Of a stretch of DNA of 64,000 nt, positions 36,323-51,650 are shown in pieces. Each line of letters begins with the position of its first letter. The first letter of the stretch is position 1. The notes below the pieces were generated by a model. That model worked only from the letters and a program-made list of their open reading frames with translations. It was not told the DNA's origin and made no database searches. Position numbers and translations under genes: made by a program. The stretch comes from Geosiphon pyriformis uo1 (Eukaryota; Fungi; Glomeromycota), in the NCBI GenBank assembly GCA_016748015.1, contig JAAOMT010000222.1, positions 375,924 through 439,923 of the forward strand, read 5' to 3'.

Positions 36323-39300
36323 TATTACTTATAAAAAAATAGAAATTATAATAAATCAGTATAGTAAAAGAAAAGATTTCAGGATTTTTCTTAAAAAATT
36401 TTAAGAAAGTTTATATAATAGAAATTATGTATATATAGCTGTAATATCAGAAAAAAAAATAGTTAATTAGATTCAGACAAATACTCAGACAAATAATTAT
36501 AAAAATTTATCTTTCTTTTATTAATAATTACTATTATTCAAAGTAAAATTATATTAAATAAAATTATTCAATTTAATTATTTATTTTACATTATCATATA
36601 CTAATTAATACACTTATTGACTATATTTTATCAGCAATTAATGTTAATAATATCTGATACTTAACTATATTAGAACAATAGTTTTTGATTATGGCTATTA
36701 ATAAGATACTAATTTTTATTTTTATTTCTTAATTTCTTTATTTTTCTTTTATTTTTCTTTTATTATTTACTAATTAATTAAAAAATAAGTGCTAAAATAT
36801 TAATGTTAAAAATAGTTTAATAAAAAACTCATAGAACAAAGATAAAAAATTTAAGGATAGCTTATTAAAAAGACATAACTACCAAATTAAACTAATTACT
36901 ATTGTTACTGAAGATTTTTGGTCTATTTTTTTTGAATGTTATTAATGTCTGTTTGTTGTGAATTCGCGTTTTCTGAAAGCTAGTAAACTTCCAATAACTG
37001 AATTTATCTTCAAATTATCTTTTATAATTTAAACTACTGGGCTTATAAGTAGAATAACCAATTTTATGTTAATTACTTTGTGTAGTTATGCTGTAGTAAA
37101 TGTTAACTCTTTTCCAAGAATTGCTCATCTGGAAGCTTACTAAAAATGTATAGTTACTTTGCTATGAAAGTCAATTCTTTTACAGAAATCTTGTCTATAG
37201 GTTATCTTAATAATTATAATAAAAAAAATAAAAAAAAATAAAAAAAATGTAAAAGAAATAGAATTTTATCAAGAGAAACGTTTTTTATCCAGACCTAAAA
37301 TCACTAACAGATTATTAAAATTGGTAATTAATTAATTTCAAAAATATTAGTTTGGGTTTTCAAAAAATTCTAGTATAATAATTAAAATTTTGGGTTTTTG
37401 AATATTTGATTTTTATTTAATTTTGTAAAGATGTGTAAGAGGTGATTTTTTTAATTAAGATATTTAAAGTAAAATATATTTTTTTAAAGAAAAAAGCTCT
37501 TCTTTTATACAACTTGTTATAGTACAAGTCTTTGAACTTGCACTTTTCTCTTTATTATAATTTTGGCAAACTAAAGATATATTTTAGCAAACTACAAGTT
37601 ATTTCTACAATTATTGATTATTTCGGCCAATTTCTACCAATTTCGGCAAATTTTTGAATATTAAATGGTTCAGAGTATTGTGTAATTTAATCATCTTAAT
37701 TTTTATGATACAAATTAGATTATTAATTAAATAATGATATTTAATAATTTGATTAACTAATAAGTAATAATTAAAATAATAATAATATATACTAATTAAT
37801 ACTTGAAATTAAAAGAATAATTTCATGCTAATTAATAACTAAAATTCTACTGGTAACACCATGCTAAAAACAGAAATTGGAAAGAAACTATTAATTAAAT
37901 CTCTGTTTATTATACAAAAAACTCAACCAAAATTTTCAAATTACAAAAACCTTCAGAAATCAACAGTATTATTAGCTATTAAGCACCAAATTACAGGTTT
38001 GTTATTTATTTTAATATCCAAATAATTATCTGTAATATTTGGTGCTTTTTGTAAAATATAATTCAACAAAAAATCAGCATTAGTATTAACTATTTGAAAA
38101 AGTAACAGACCAAAAAATTATAGGAGAAAATTACTTAAAATTTGTGAAATTTTTATTTTAGTATTACCAAACTCACTTTGAACTAACAAATAATTATTGG
38201 CCAGCAGAATTAGTTTTTAACTTTTATGTTAACAAAAAAATTGGATACTACTTGAAAAAACAAAAGATCCAAAAATTGTTATTAAAAATTTTTATAATAA
38301 GTTATTATAACATACCAATTTTTCACAAAATTATAGTTTTATCCTAATAATTACAAAAATAAATTGTGAAATTAAAAAATACATTAAACAAAAAATTTTT
38401 ATCATTTTTATTAACAAAAAAAAAGCTACAAACTCCAGCAAAAACCTTAAAAAAACCAAGAATTGTTTTATTTATTAATTTATTATACTATTATATACTT
38501 AAAAGCACTATTAATATACCAACAGAATTTATATTATTGTCAACTATAAAAACACTTATAACTTAAGTTTTATTTCAAAACAATTAAGAGAAATTATGCT
38601 TATTAAGAACTTATAGTAATTACTTTAAGGAACTTAAATCATAATTAACATACTATTAAGACTTTATTTACTACTATCTTAACTTAATTTCAAATCCACT
38701 AATAATTGAGTAGATATTAAATCAAAGAAAAAAAAAATAGTAATTAAAAAAATAATAATCAAAATCTGATTCCAAAAATTGTTAAAAATCAAATTTTGAT
38801 TGTTTAAACTTAATAAAATTCAAACAATTCAAATTTTGTTCCTATTATCCAACAAAACTTATCTCTGATTATTTGAATCAATTCATTATCAATTGTATCA
38901 ACATTAAAACATTAACAATAACAACTACTATCAGTATTAATATCTTATATATTAATTGTAAAACTAAAAAAATTCACTAGCAAAAAGAACAATATCTAAG
39001 TTTGGTTAAACAATATTGTAAAAGTCATTGCAGTTAATAGTTGAAATAATGTTAAAGCCCTTTAAGCAATCTCATACTTTTTATAAAATACTGTCAATTT
39101 ATAGTATTAGAGCTTAATAAATAAATCACAAAATTTTAATATGTTTAAAATCACATTTCTACAATACTTTAGTAATTACAACAGTATTAATTGTTTATTA
39201 ACTAGTTTTATTACAATTAAATAAGACAATACAAAAACAATTATTATTTACTTAAAATACTTTTACAAAAATCTGTACCAAATCCAAACAATTAATACAG

Positions 39301-42300
39301 ATTACTTTATAATACCACAAATCTTGAACCAATTTATTTGTAGATTATATAGTAGTTTTTTATAACAAGTATGCTTATTATATCCAAATATGCTTTAAAA
39401 CACAATTACTTATACCAGAAATTTTGAATTGACAGAACTTAAAGCCAACTATGTCCAAGTTATAAATTTAGTGATAAATAAAACATCTAAATTAAAATCT
39501 AAGCTGAAACAATTTAGTGACTTAATTAATCAGAAATTAAAAAAATACTTAACTAATAATACAGCAATTTATTAATTTTTTTAAGACTATAATCATCAAA
39601 AAAACCAAAATTGGTTCCAAAATTAGTTATATTTATTATCATCAATAGCAAATCAATTATGACAACAAAAAACACATAATTACTATTACTGTAATAAACA
39701 AGAGTACTTAAAAATAAACTATAAAGCAAAAATAAATAACCAATAATCAGAAAATCAATATTAAAACTCTGATTGCAGATTCCAGACTTCAAATTATGTC
39801 AACAATTTAACAGAATTATAATCATATTATTATGTACTAATAACATCACAGTCTATATATATATTACTAATATATTAAACTTCAGCTTTGATCATATATT
39901 AAACTCTACAACTCCAAATAATTTATTAACCCCAATCAATTCAAATCTCATCTTAAAATTTAACTCACAATAGAAACCAAAAACCAAAAATTACTTACAT
40001 TCAACAAAATTAGAGATTAGCAATAGTAATATATCAACTAATCTTCAATTTATTAAACCAGTCAGCAAAATTCCATTAGCAGAGTTTAGAAAATAGGTAT
40101 GCCTAAAACATAAATTCCCAAAGCTATATAAGTTTCTTAATAACTCCAGAAATTACAACACTTAACTTGTTAAAAACCAAGCAAATATTATTTATCAATA
40201 ATATTTTACTAATAATTATCACTAAAAACAAATTACTTACTATTATATTTTTTTTGAATTAGAAAAATTAGCAACAATATTTTTATTTAGTAAAACCACT
40301 TTTAATACCAAACTCATTACAACTATGTATACAGATGCTAAAATAAATGATTATTCTATTAAATTTATCTTTAATAATAATTTAACAGACAGTATTATTA
40401 CTTAATAACTTATGAACCAATTAAATTATTAAGTTAATTGTGCTGCCAATACTAGAATTATTATCATTAATAAAGCAACCAAAACTTTTATTAACAAAAT
40501 TGACAACTTTTTGTTTAAAATCAACAGCATTATTGTGTCAATTAAAATATTGGTAATAGAAACCATATAGTACTAAGCTCTTGTTGGTAATAATTGGTGG
40601 TTTAAAACCAATATTATGCTTAACTAAAACACTTAAAAACTACAGTTTAGTTAAAATAATTAGCATATTTGGGTTTTAGCTACTTGTAGTTACTTTAAAA
40701 CTACCACTAGCAAACAACTATTTATCTAATTTAAAGAAAAAACAAAAAACCTACTTGAAAAACCTATTAAGTTTTCTGTTAAAAAAAACTATTATAAGTT
40801 ATTACCAGTATCTACTTAAAAAAAAAGACAAATTTTAAGTCATTATTTTTACCAATAAACTAGTAAATAGTTAGTATATTCTATACTCAATACTAGTACC
40901 AAAAAAACACTCATTTTATATTCCACTTAAGTATATAGATTGTAATAAGAAGCTTTTATTTATGAGAGCTTATATATTACTTAAAGAAAAATATAAAATA
41001 TATATCTGTTATTACTATAAAGCCTATTACTAAAAACAATTTAAATGACCAAAATAACAAAAAAAATAGAACAATAAACTTTGTTTAATCTGTAAAAAAA
41101 CTTTACTTAATAAAAAAATATAAAATGACATCCTTAATTAAAAAAAACATATAATAAATTATGCTAATACACAATTCTTATTAACAATTGAGTAAACAGA
41201 AAAATGTTTTTCAATACTATATAAAACAAAGCTTTTTTATGTTTGAACAGTTATTCTTATGATGAAAACAAAATCTGGAAAATAACAAGTGCTAAAATTA
41301 AAGGCATTTTACTCAGTAAAATACTAATAATCAAAAACAATCTACCAAAATCTATTGAAACTATTTTTATTCCAAATTTAGACATTTTTGTTGACATTAT
41401 AGATGATTTAAAACAATTTTATAAACATTACTAAAACTTAGTGTTAATTAAAAAAAAGTAAGAGCAAAAATTAGAATAGCTAAATAAGAAATTATACAAA
41501 TACTATCTAATTCTTAGTGACTTTAAATATTGTAATAATTGTAACTTTATTTACAATTTATTATCATGTATAATCTATTTAATTTTCAAAAAAAAGAACC
41601 AATTAACAATTGTATTTTAAAATTAAAATTGGAACTTAATTTTAATTTAAACTTTAATAATAATGACAATAATAGGTTCAATAGTATTAACAATAGCAAT
41701 AATAATAATTCAGACTCCAAACAATATATTATGTTTTCAAATCTTTCTATAAAACAAAAACTTAAATAATTCAGTAATAATAATAAAAGTATTATGTCAG
41801 AACATGTACATAATACTGATACAAAATTTGATCTCAGATATTTCAGAAAAAATGTTATTATCTTGGAATCCAATACATGTATTTACATAGATTTAAAAAT
41901 AGCCTTGGAAATTTCAACAACAATAATAGTTTAATTAGTATTTAAATCTAACTTAACCAAAAAAAAATTAGCTTAGAAGAGGAATAATTAACACAGAATA
42001 TATAAGAAATATTGTTGTAATATTATAAAATGAATTAAAAAAGACATATTATTAAACTGGATAAAAAAATAGCACAGGCAATATTTCTATTTCTAGTTAA
42101 AATAGTTTAATTAGTGTTAATAAAAACAAAAAAAATTAAGAATAACAAAACAAGAGATAAATAAGTTTAGATTAATAGAAAAAATAAAGTTATTAGTTAA
42201 TATAACAGAAAAAAAAATTATTGATTAGGGAGAAATTATCTTTATCTATTAATTAATTCTTATTTTATTCTATAACCAGTATATATTAATTATATAAAGG

Positions 42301-45300
42301 AAAATAAAGGATCAATATCAATTGTTTATAGTAGAATTTACCATTTGCAAATCAGGAAAAATTACAATTACTAATCTGTATCTGCCAGTTAAAAACCACA
42401 AACACATTAAAATTCCAATCTATAATATTACCAAAGATCTAATAGAATTATTAATTAGAACTATTATTAGGTACTTAAACATTAAAGTTGAAGATTAAAC
42501 ACCAACTATTATTCCAGATTTTTTATAACTTTGTGAATATGTAGACATTATATTACAAACTATTTATGGACAAAAAGAATATTATTTGCTATAACCAGAA
42601 TAGTTAAAACAAATAAACTTGGAAAATCTAAACCTATTTTAATGAATGTAAATTAAATTGCTGTTTAATAATTTTACAGATATTTTGCAAGTAAAAATGA
42701 ATTTGGCAGAACTAATATTATTTAGCACTAAATCAAAACTGGAGATACAATGCCAATTAAACAAAAAACATATTAAGTATTACACACCAATTATAAAATA
42801 ATCTAACAAAAGATTAACCAAATATTGAACAATAAGTTAATTTAATTATTAATAAGAATAGTTTTTCACATTAAATTTAGATAATAGTTATTAGCAAATA
42901 GCCATAAATTCAGTTAACAAAAATAAAATAATATTTACCACTAGAAAAAAAAACTTTGAATTTGATATTATGTCTTTTGGTTTAATTAATATCTCAGTCA
43001 TTTTTTAATAACTAATAAAAATCATTTATATTGGATTATTATAAAAGTTAGTAGTAGTTTACTTAAATAACATTAACATGTTTTTCAAAACATTTGATAA
43101 CTATTTTCATTATTTCCAATAAATGTTTAAAAGATTAAGAAAAGCAAAATTAAAGTTAAACACTATTAAATGCTTTTTTAAAAAAACAAAACTCAAGTTT
43201 TTAAGACATATTGTAAGCAAAAATATCATAAAAACAGATCTAAATAAGATTAAAATAGTAAAAAAATTTTCAAAATTTACTAACATAACAGAATTAAAAA
43301 CATTCTTAAAATTTGTAAAATACTATTACTGTTTTATTCAAAACTTTTCCAAATTGGCTTAATTATTTTACCAGATTCAAACCAAAAACACCAAATATGA
43401 ATAAATTAAAAAACAACAAAAAGCTTTTAATACATTAAGACAAAAGCTTATTCAAGCTTTAATGTTGATATATTTAAACTATAGCAAATTATTTATTATT
43501 ATAACTAATATATTAAACTAAACATTAGGAATAGTATTATTGCAAAAAAAATTTAATAAATAAGAACATCTAGTAACATATGCCGAAATATGAATTTAGC
43601 CAAAAAAAACTATGGCACTTTAACATTAAAACATTTAGCTATTTATTGGATTGTTATTAAATAAAAAGAATACTCAAGTTAGAAGTTTAATATTTATACA
43701 AACCACAAAGAATTAATGTTAATTCAGAAGCAAAAATTTGCAGATAATTGTTATATCAAATAGAAAATATAACTTTTATTATTTTTATATATTGTACATT
43801 ATAAAAAAAGAAAAAAAATAGAAATATTAACAGTTTATTATAAATAAAACAAATCTAACAATATTTCAATTCAAAAATAAGTTAAAAAATAAATACACAA
43901 AAATATTAACAACTTTAATATTATATTAATACTTAAAAGTTCAAAAAAAATTATTTCAAAAAGAACAAAACAAAATAAAACAACAATCAAAATATTTTAT
44001 TACTTACCAAAATATATTATATTAAAAAAACAGAAAAAAACCAAACCAATTACTCAGAGTAATTACAGAACCAGAAAAAAAGACAATACTGTTTAATATG
44101 TATTTAGATCCAATAGCAAACCATTTTTATAAAGAAGCAATCATAAAAAGAACTCAGAAAAAATACTATTGGCTATTAATATATTTAAATATTATTTAAT
44201 ACATTCAAAACTGTAATGTTTATTATATATAAAAAAGGAATAAGACTTAATAAACCACTAAGACCAATTAAAATAGAACAATTATTTGATTAAATTAGAA
44301 TTAACTTAGTTAAACCATTGATAATAGCTGACAAAGACAATTAATATATAGCAATAACCATGAATTATCTTATAAAATAGCCAGAAGCAAAAGCAATTCA
44401 AAGAACAGATACAAAATTCATAACCAAATTTGTATACCAAAATTTAATTGGTTAACATAAATGTCTAAAAAAATTGTTATTAAACCAAAAAACTTATTTT
44501 GTTAACAAAACATTAACAGAATTAAGTTAAAAATTTAGAATCAAAAGACCATTATCATTTTTATACTACTTATAAATAAATGATTTAATTAAAAGATTTA
44601 ATAAAACATTATGTAAAACAATAACCAAAATTAGCCAAAAAAACCAAGACAAATAGAATTTGTTTATACTATTAGTATTATTTGCTTATTAAACAATAAA
44701 GTAAGATATTACATAAGCAATATTATTCAAATTAATTTATAGTAGAACAACAATATTATTAGTAAAAATAGATATTTACACATATTTAGTAGAACTAATA
44801 ACAGAAGCTAATCTTTAAAAAACATTATTGTAAAGGACATATAACTTAATAAAAACATTAGAAAACAAAAAAAAAGAACAGTTAATAATATATAAAGAGC
44901 ATAAAAAAAACAAAAAAAAAACAATATAATAGTTAATTATTAAATAAACCAATTAAATTCAAGATTAGAGACAAAGTACTTTTATACTATACCAAAATAG
45001 AAAAACAATAAAGTAAAAAATTTGCTCTCAAATAAAATGGTCTATTTTATATTAAAAAAATATTAGAAAATAAAGCATATAAGCTAAAATAGGACAACAA
45101 AATCTTAGCCAAAATAGTACATAATAATTGACTAAAACTATATTATAATATAATATTATCTTTTACCAATAATATTTTACAACTGAAAATACAACAAATA
45201 TTAGTTAAATCAAATAAAATCTTATAAGATTTGGAACCAATTATAATTATTAAAACAAATATGTTAAATTAATCTACCAAAACAGTATATAAAGAATTAA

Positions 45301-46741
45301 TATGCAATAAAAATAACAGAAAAATGAAAATTATAAAAAATATTTACTTCTCCAACAACTATTCTAATTTATTAAATATTAGAAATTAAACATAAAAATT
45401 ACAATCAATTAACAAACTATTTAATATAAAAACACAGAAAAAAAACCGAAACTTTAATATAATTTACAATATAAAATATATATAAAATCTAAAAACATAG
45501 TAGATAATATAATAACAAAAGTAAAAATATTATTAGAAATATTAATATTAACAGTATCATATAAGAAGTTAACTAAAAAAAATTGAAAATAGTGAACACA
45601 ACAATTTTTTAGAAACTTTTGTTATTACTACTTAGAACAAAAGCTTAATATTTAAAACTTATATATAAATAAAACAAGATAAATATTTAGTATAATGATA
45701 TTACAACAAATAAAACAATTTGTGAAGAAAAATAATTTATTTATACAGATATAAGTAATATACTAGTTACAAACAAAATTTTAAAACTGTTTAGAAATAC
45801 TACTATATCCAATAATAAACACAGTAACTATTAACCAATTGGAAAAAATTACTAATGCATAATTTAAAAAATTACAAACTAGAATTATTCAAGTAATTTT
45901 AGAAAAAAAAGTAATAAAACTAATTCAAAAAAAAAATTTAAAAGATTTCAATAAAGCTCAATATTAAAAAAAAATAATGTTACTTATAGAAAAGTAGAAA
46001 TCATAATAAATAAAAAAATAACCAATAAAAAATTAGCATAATAAAAAGAAAAATTTTAGGATTTTTTTCAAAAAATTTTGTATACTGAAAATTATGTATA
46101 TATAATTATAGTATCAAAAAAAAAAGTAATCAATTAAATTTAGACAAATACTTAGACAAATAATCATAAAAATTTATCTTTTCTTTTATTAATAGTTATT
46201 ATTACTCAAAGTAAAATCATATTAAATAAAATTACTCAATTTAATCATTTACTCTATATTATTATATATTAATTAAAACACTTACTTATTACACTTTATC
46301 AATAACTAATGTTAATAATATCTAATATTTAATTATATTAAAACAATAATTTTTGATCATAACTATTAACAAAATACTAATTTTTCTTTTTTTTTCTTAA
46401 TTTTTTTATTTTTTTATTTATTTTTGTTATTTATTATTTAATTAAAAAATAAGCACTAAAATATTGATATTAAGAATAGCCTAGTAAAAAACCCATAAAA
46501 CAAGAATAGAAAACTTAAAAATAGCTTACCAAAAAGATAAAACTACTAAATTAAACTGGTTATCATATTAAAGACAAAAATTGGAAAGAAACTATTAATT
46601 GAATCTCTGTTTATTATACAAAAAACTTAATTAAAATCTTCAGATCATAAAAATCTTCAAAAATTAACAGTATTATTAATTATTAAGCATTAAATTATAA
46701 ATTTGTTATTTATTTTAACACCCAAATAATTATTTGTAATA
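36323..46741 (+). mobile_element. Element D: full-length, more decayed relative of element B, inserted in the RNase H of element C
   Basis: LTRs 36323-38037 (interrupted) and 45978-46741; TSD ATAG/ACAG; PBS TGGTGCTTTTTGT at 38040. Colinear with B through gag, protease, Cys-rich region, dUTPase (~41794-42180), RT, RNase H, integrase and ORF3. Confidence 0.88.
36903..37858 (-). mobile_element. Solo LTR of the element C family, inverted, inserted in the 5' LTR of element D
   Basis: TGTTAC...GGTAACA termini and TSD CTAT/CCAT. The reverse complement matches 31236-32261 with one fewer ~68-bp unit. It still retains several CpGs. Confidence 0.88.
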
Positions 46742-49700
46742 ACAGCTTTAATTAGTTATTAATATTTTATACATAGCTTTTGGTGTTATTTTATCATAAT
46801 TAAATAACAATAACAATAAATAAGTAATTGCCTATGCTAGCAAAACACTCAAATCAACTGAATTTAAATATGAATTTATTGAATTAGAAGCAACAGCAGT
46901 TATCTGAACTCTTAAACACTTTTAATAGTACCTAAAAAAAAGAAAAAAATTTGACATTATTACTAATAATATTGGTCTCAAATAGCTTAATAAAAAAAAT
47001 TTGAACTCAGTGCCAAATAATTTTAATGGACTGATTTTTTAGTCAATTACAAATATATTGTTTATCATAAAACCAGAAAATTACATACCAATATTAATAG
47101 TCTTTTAAAAATAAGACAAGATTAACACCAATATCAACTTTACTATTATCTATCAGCTTAATAATAATAAACAATAAACAAATAATAAATCCTAAAAACT
47201 ACAACAACATTAAAAACTATTTGAAGACTTTTATTATACCAAAAAATTAATTTTCAATCAAAAAACATCAATTACTAATCAAAACAATATTTTTTTTATT
47301 ATAACAAAATTTATTATCATAATTATAAAAATTTAACCAACCCACTTAGATTAGTACAAGAAAATAAGAAAAAAACCATCTTTTACAACATATATACTAA
47401 TCTATTATTAGTATATTAAGAAAAAAATAATACAATTCAAAGAATATTAAAACATTATTTTTGGCTTAACATGCAAAAAAACATTTGATAATACATAAAA
47501 TTATGTAATAATTATTAAAAAAAAAAAAGAAATTTACCTCACCAAAATTTTAAATTCAATCAAAATTGGACAACTCTTTAATAAAATAAAAATTGATTTA
47601 GTCAAACCACTATTAATCACCATTTAAAAAAATTATTATATTACAATTACAGTAGATTATTTAATTAAATAGTCTAAAATCAAAGCTATTCAAAGAATAG
47701 ATGCAAAATCAATAGCAAATTTCATTTATAAAAACATTATTTGTAAACATAAATGCTTAATTAAACTTTTATTCAATCAAAAAACACATTTTATGAACAA
47801 CTTAATACAAAAAATTTGTGAATAATTTAATATTAAATAACTATTATTATTACTTTATTACTTATAAACAAATAGACTTATAAAACAATTCAACCAAACA
47901 TTGTGTGAATTATTAGCTAAGATTTTAACCAATTTTGAACAAAAATAAAATATTTTTATTTTATTAGTGTTACTAGTCTATAAAATATTAAAACAAAATA
48001 CTATAAAACACATATTATTTAATCTTACTTATAAAAAAACAGCAATATTACTAATTAGTTTTATAGTAAAAACATATTTAGTACAATCCATTACAAAAGA
48101 AAACTTTTAAGAAACACTTTAATAAAGAGCTTATACTCTTTTTAGCACATTAAAAAAAAACAACAAATTGTAATTATTTATATTAAATATTCTTAAACTT
48201 TACAAAAAAAATGGCATAATAACAAATTGCCATTGGTTACAAACGAATTTAAAGTTAAAAATAAAGTTTTTTTATATAAAACTAAGGCTAAAAAACAATA
48301 GAGTAAAAAATTTGATATAAATAAGATAGATTATTTTATATTTACAAAGTTCTAAGCAATGAATTAACCAAATTAAGATTTAATGACAAAATTCTAACAA
48401 AAGTTGCACATAAAAATTGATTAAAACATTATTATTTCAAAACCAATTTTGAATCATTTATTTTACAAATTGGTATACATTTTTTTTTAATCAATCTTGA
48501 AGATATTTTCTAAAATTTAAAACCAATAGTTATAATACAACAACTACCAAATTTGAACATTTAAATTATTTATTTATATTAATAATTTCTTTTAAAATAA
48601 CACAGAAATATTAAACAAAAATAGTAAAATAATTACCAAAAAATATCTAATTTCAAAAATATATAAAAACCACTATACCAAAAATAATTTTTTTTTTATT
48701 CTTTTATTTTATCAAATTTTATATTCTCTTTTCAATTTTATAATACTTATTTTTCAAAACATTTAACAAATATTCCAAAAATTAATGTTAGCTTTAAAAA
48801 CACTTTTTGACTTATTTATAATAATTAATAAAAGTTAAATTAATTATATTTAGAAGAAAACTATAATTTTAGTAGTAAATAATTTTCAAAATTATTACTT
48901 TTATAAAAAAACACAAAAAGTTATTCTAAAAGTCACTTATTAGAACTTTTAAAACAAGTTTTAAAAAAACCTTATTGTTTACTCTTATAAACATTTTCCT
49001 AAATATTACAATACAACAAAAACTTCAACTGTGTTTTAATAAAAACAGTAAATATACTCTTATTTATTGATATTTTCAAATTGAAAAAATATTGTACCAA
49101 CGAAAACTAGAACTTAAAGCAATTAATCTTACTCCTAAAGCTATATAAAAACAAATTTACAATGAATTTAAGACAATAATTAGACCAACAAATACTTATT
49201 ACAAACTTAAAACAGCTTTTAAACTTTATAATTTATTTAATATTTGTAAAAATATTCTACAAAATCCAATACTCTAATCAATAAAAATTCAATATATTGG
49301 CAAACTTACAAAACTAAAATTTTAACAATTTTCAGACCAAATTACATTAATAATTTTGAATTATTATCTTGATATTATAAATAATACTTGGACTTTAATA
49401 AAGCTCAATTTTAAAAAAAAATTATATTACCAGTAAAACTTTAATTATTAATTAACATAAAATTACTCTTATAATTCTTATTAATAATTAGCATATATTA
49501 TTATCATTTCAATTATTACTTATTAATTAACCAAATTATTAAATATTATCATTTAATTAATAATTCAATTAGTATAATACACAAATACAATAATCAAATT
49601 ATGGAGTATACTAAACTCTATAACATTCAAGAATTTGCCCAAAATTTGCAGTAATTTGTAAAATATTTTAATAATTCATTAAAATTATTTATAATTTATA

Positions 49701-50162
49701 GAAATAATTTGTGAGTTTGTTAAAATATATTTTGAAATTAATTAATTACTAATTTCAGTAATCTGTTAGTAACTTTAGGTCTAAACAAAAAACAATTCTT
49801 TTAACTAAATTTTTTTTTCTTTATATTTTTTTTATTTTTTTATTATATATTAAAGTAGTTTACAGACAAGATTCTTGTAAAAAAGTTGACTTTTACAGCA
49901 AAATAACTACATATTTTTAGTAAGCTTTTAAACAAACAATTCTTGAAAAAGAATTGACTTTTACAGCAAAGTAATTACACATTTTTAATAAGTTTTTAGA
50001 TAAGCAATTCCTGAAAAAGAGTTAATTTTTACTGGAAAATAATTATATAAATATCTGGTACAGAATTGGTTATTTTATTTATAAGCCTAGCAGTTTAAAT
50101 TATAGAAAATAATTTAAAAATAAATTTAGTTATTAAAAATTTAACAGCTTTTAATAATAGTA

Positions 50163-51650
50163 ATATAAGATTTTTATGAAATAAAACTGTAGTACAATTA
50201 ATAATACACTAGTAAAATCAGATTACATGTAATTATCAAAATATTATATTTCAAAAATCTTATATATGTCAAAACTACCACATAAAGTTCTGTCCAAAAA
50301 ATACTTAATATATTTAACTTTCTAAATTACATAGTTAATAAACTCAAACAAATCTCTTATAAAATAACAAATATTTTCAAAAACTAATCTATTTTCAATG
50401 TACAAAAATCAGTATTTTATATCAAAAATCAAAACAAAAAAAAACCAAGTTATTATGTTTACAAAAAAGTTAACTTTCTTATTATTATAATTATTTTAAT
50501 AACTTTTAACTTTTTTTATGTGGCTAACAAATTTTTTAATATAATAATATTATAAATACATTTACACTTAATTCAACATTTATTTCAAAAGTCAAAACTA
50601 ATAGAGTTTGTAATTAAACTATACACATTCAGAAAAATTTGATTGTTTATAAATAAAGTAATCAAGCAAAAAGCTGGAATACATTTAAGAATAAGAATTA
50701 TAGTCTGTAATTTAGCCAAAGTCAAAAAAAGCAAATCCAAAACTTTAACACCAATATTCAAATTTATTTTAAGAAAATAAATAATAGCATTGTCATAAGT
50801 ATTTACAAACCCAAATTGTTTGACCAAATTATTAGTATATACATTTATTTAATCTAATTTAGCACTTGTTAAATAAGTTTTAATAAAATTAAAGTTATGA
50901 AAAGCATTTATAAAAGCATATTGGATGGCTAATATATATTTATTAATTAATTTATCATTTTCAATAAACTTGATTAAAAACCTAAATCAAGCTAAAATTA
51001 AATCTTTAAGACTAAGTTTCTTTTATTTTTAACATATACTCTAAATAAAACACATGCCACAACAGTTTAAAAACTGGTTTATAAACATAATTTCAAACTT
51101 TTTTAACAAAATAATTGTATTTGTATAAATTTTTAAACCCAGCACATCCATAATAAAAATATTATTACCAAATTTAAACATATTAAACAACTTATCTCCC
51201 AAAAACAAATTGCAAACTAACAATATACCAGTAATATTAACCAAGAAATTATTTATGAAATTAATAAATAATTCAACTGAAAATTAAAACAATGCTTAAG
51301 TATTTAGCTAATCATCTGTAAATCTATTGTTTTATGTACAAATAGGTTATTAAGAATGTTCTTGGTATTAGCAAAATTAACAGCACCAATAATCAAATTC
51401 TTAAATTGTATTTGTTTAAATAATTTTAGATTATACAAAACTAAATAGAAAATAGTCTTAATAAAAAAGTTTCTTGGCAAATTAGTCTTAGATTTAAGCT
51501 TTTTCTTTAACAATTTATCTTATTCATTATATATATTTTCAAAAAGAATTGAATTATATCTTATAATTAATAATAAGCTGTAATATAGCAAAAATCAAAT
51601 ATAAAAATTGCTTTAAAATAGTGTTATCTAATAAAAATTAACAAAAATCA
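50163..51650 (-). pseudogene. LINE (non-LTR) ORF2 fragment: post-RT region and RNase H-like domain (piece 1 of the split LINE)
   Basis: ORFs 51304-51513, 51041-51244 and 50585-50827 read as decayed LINE ORF2 (KQFLYL..., LKSKTNLPRNF, LTLAKLQTIILILKC = AELQAIALALEC RNase H helix). The piece ends ...FTSVLLIVLQFYFIKILY at the C LTR junction. Confidence 0.7.

Larger units (their letters stand above)
31236..50162 (+). mobile_element. Element C: heavily degenerate Ty3/Gypsy LTR retrotransposon with dUTPase, host to element D
   Basis: 5' LTR 31236-32261 followed by a decayed PBS; gag ~32300-34100; partly deleted protease; dUTPase ~34465-34866; RT ~35400-36200. RNase H is split at 36322/46746 by D. 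Integrase ~47340-48430; ORF3-like region ~48580-49415; 3' LTR 49425-~50162, with its last ~60 bp lost. Confidence 0.85.
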
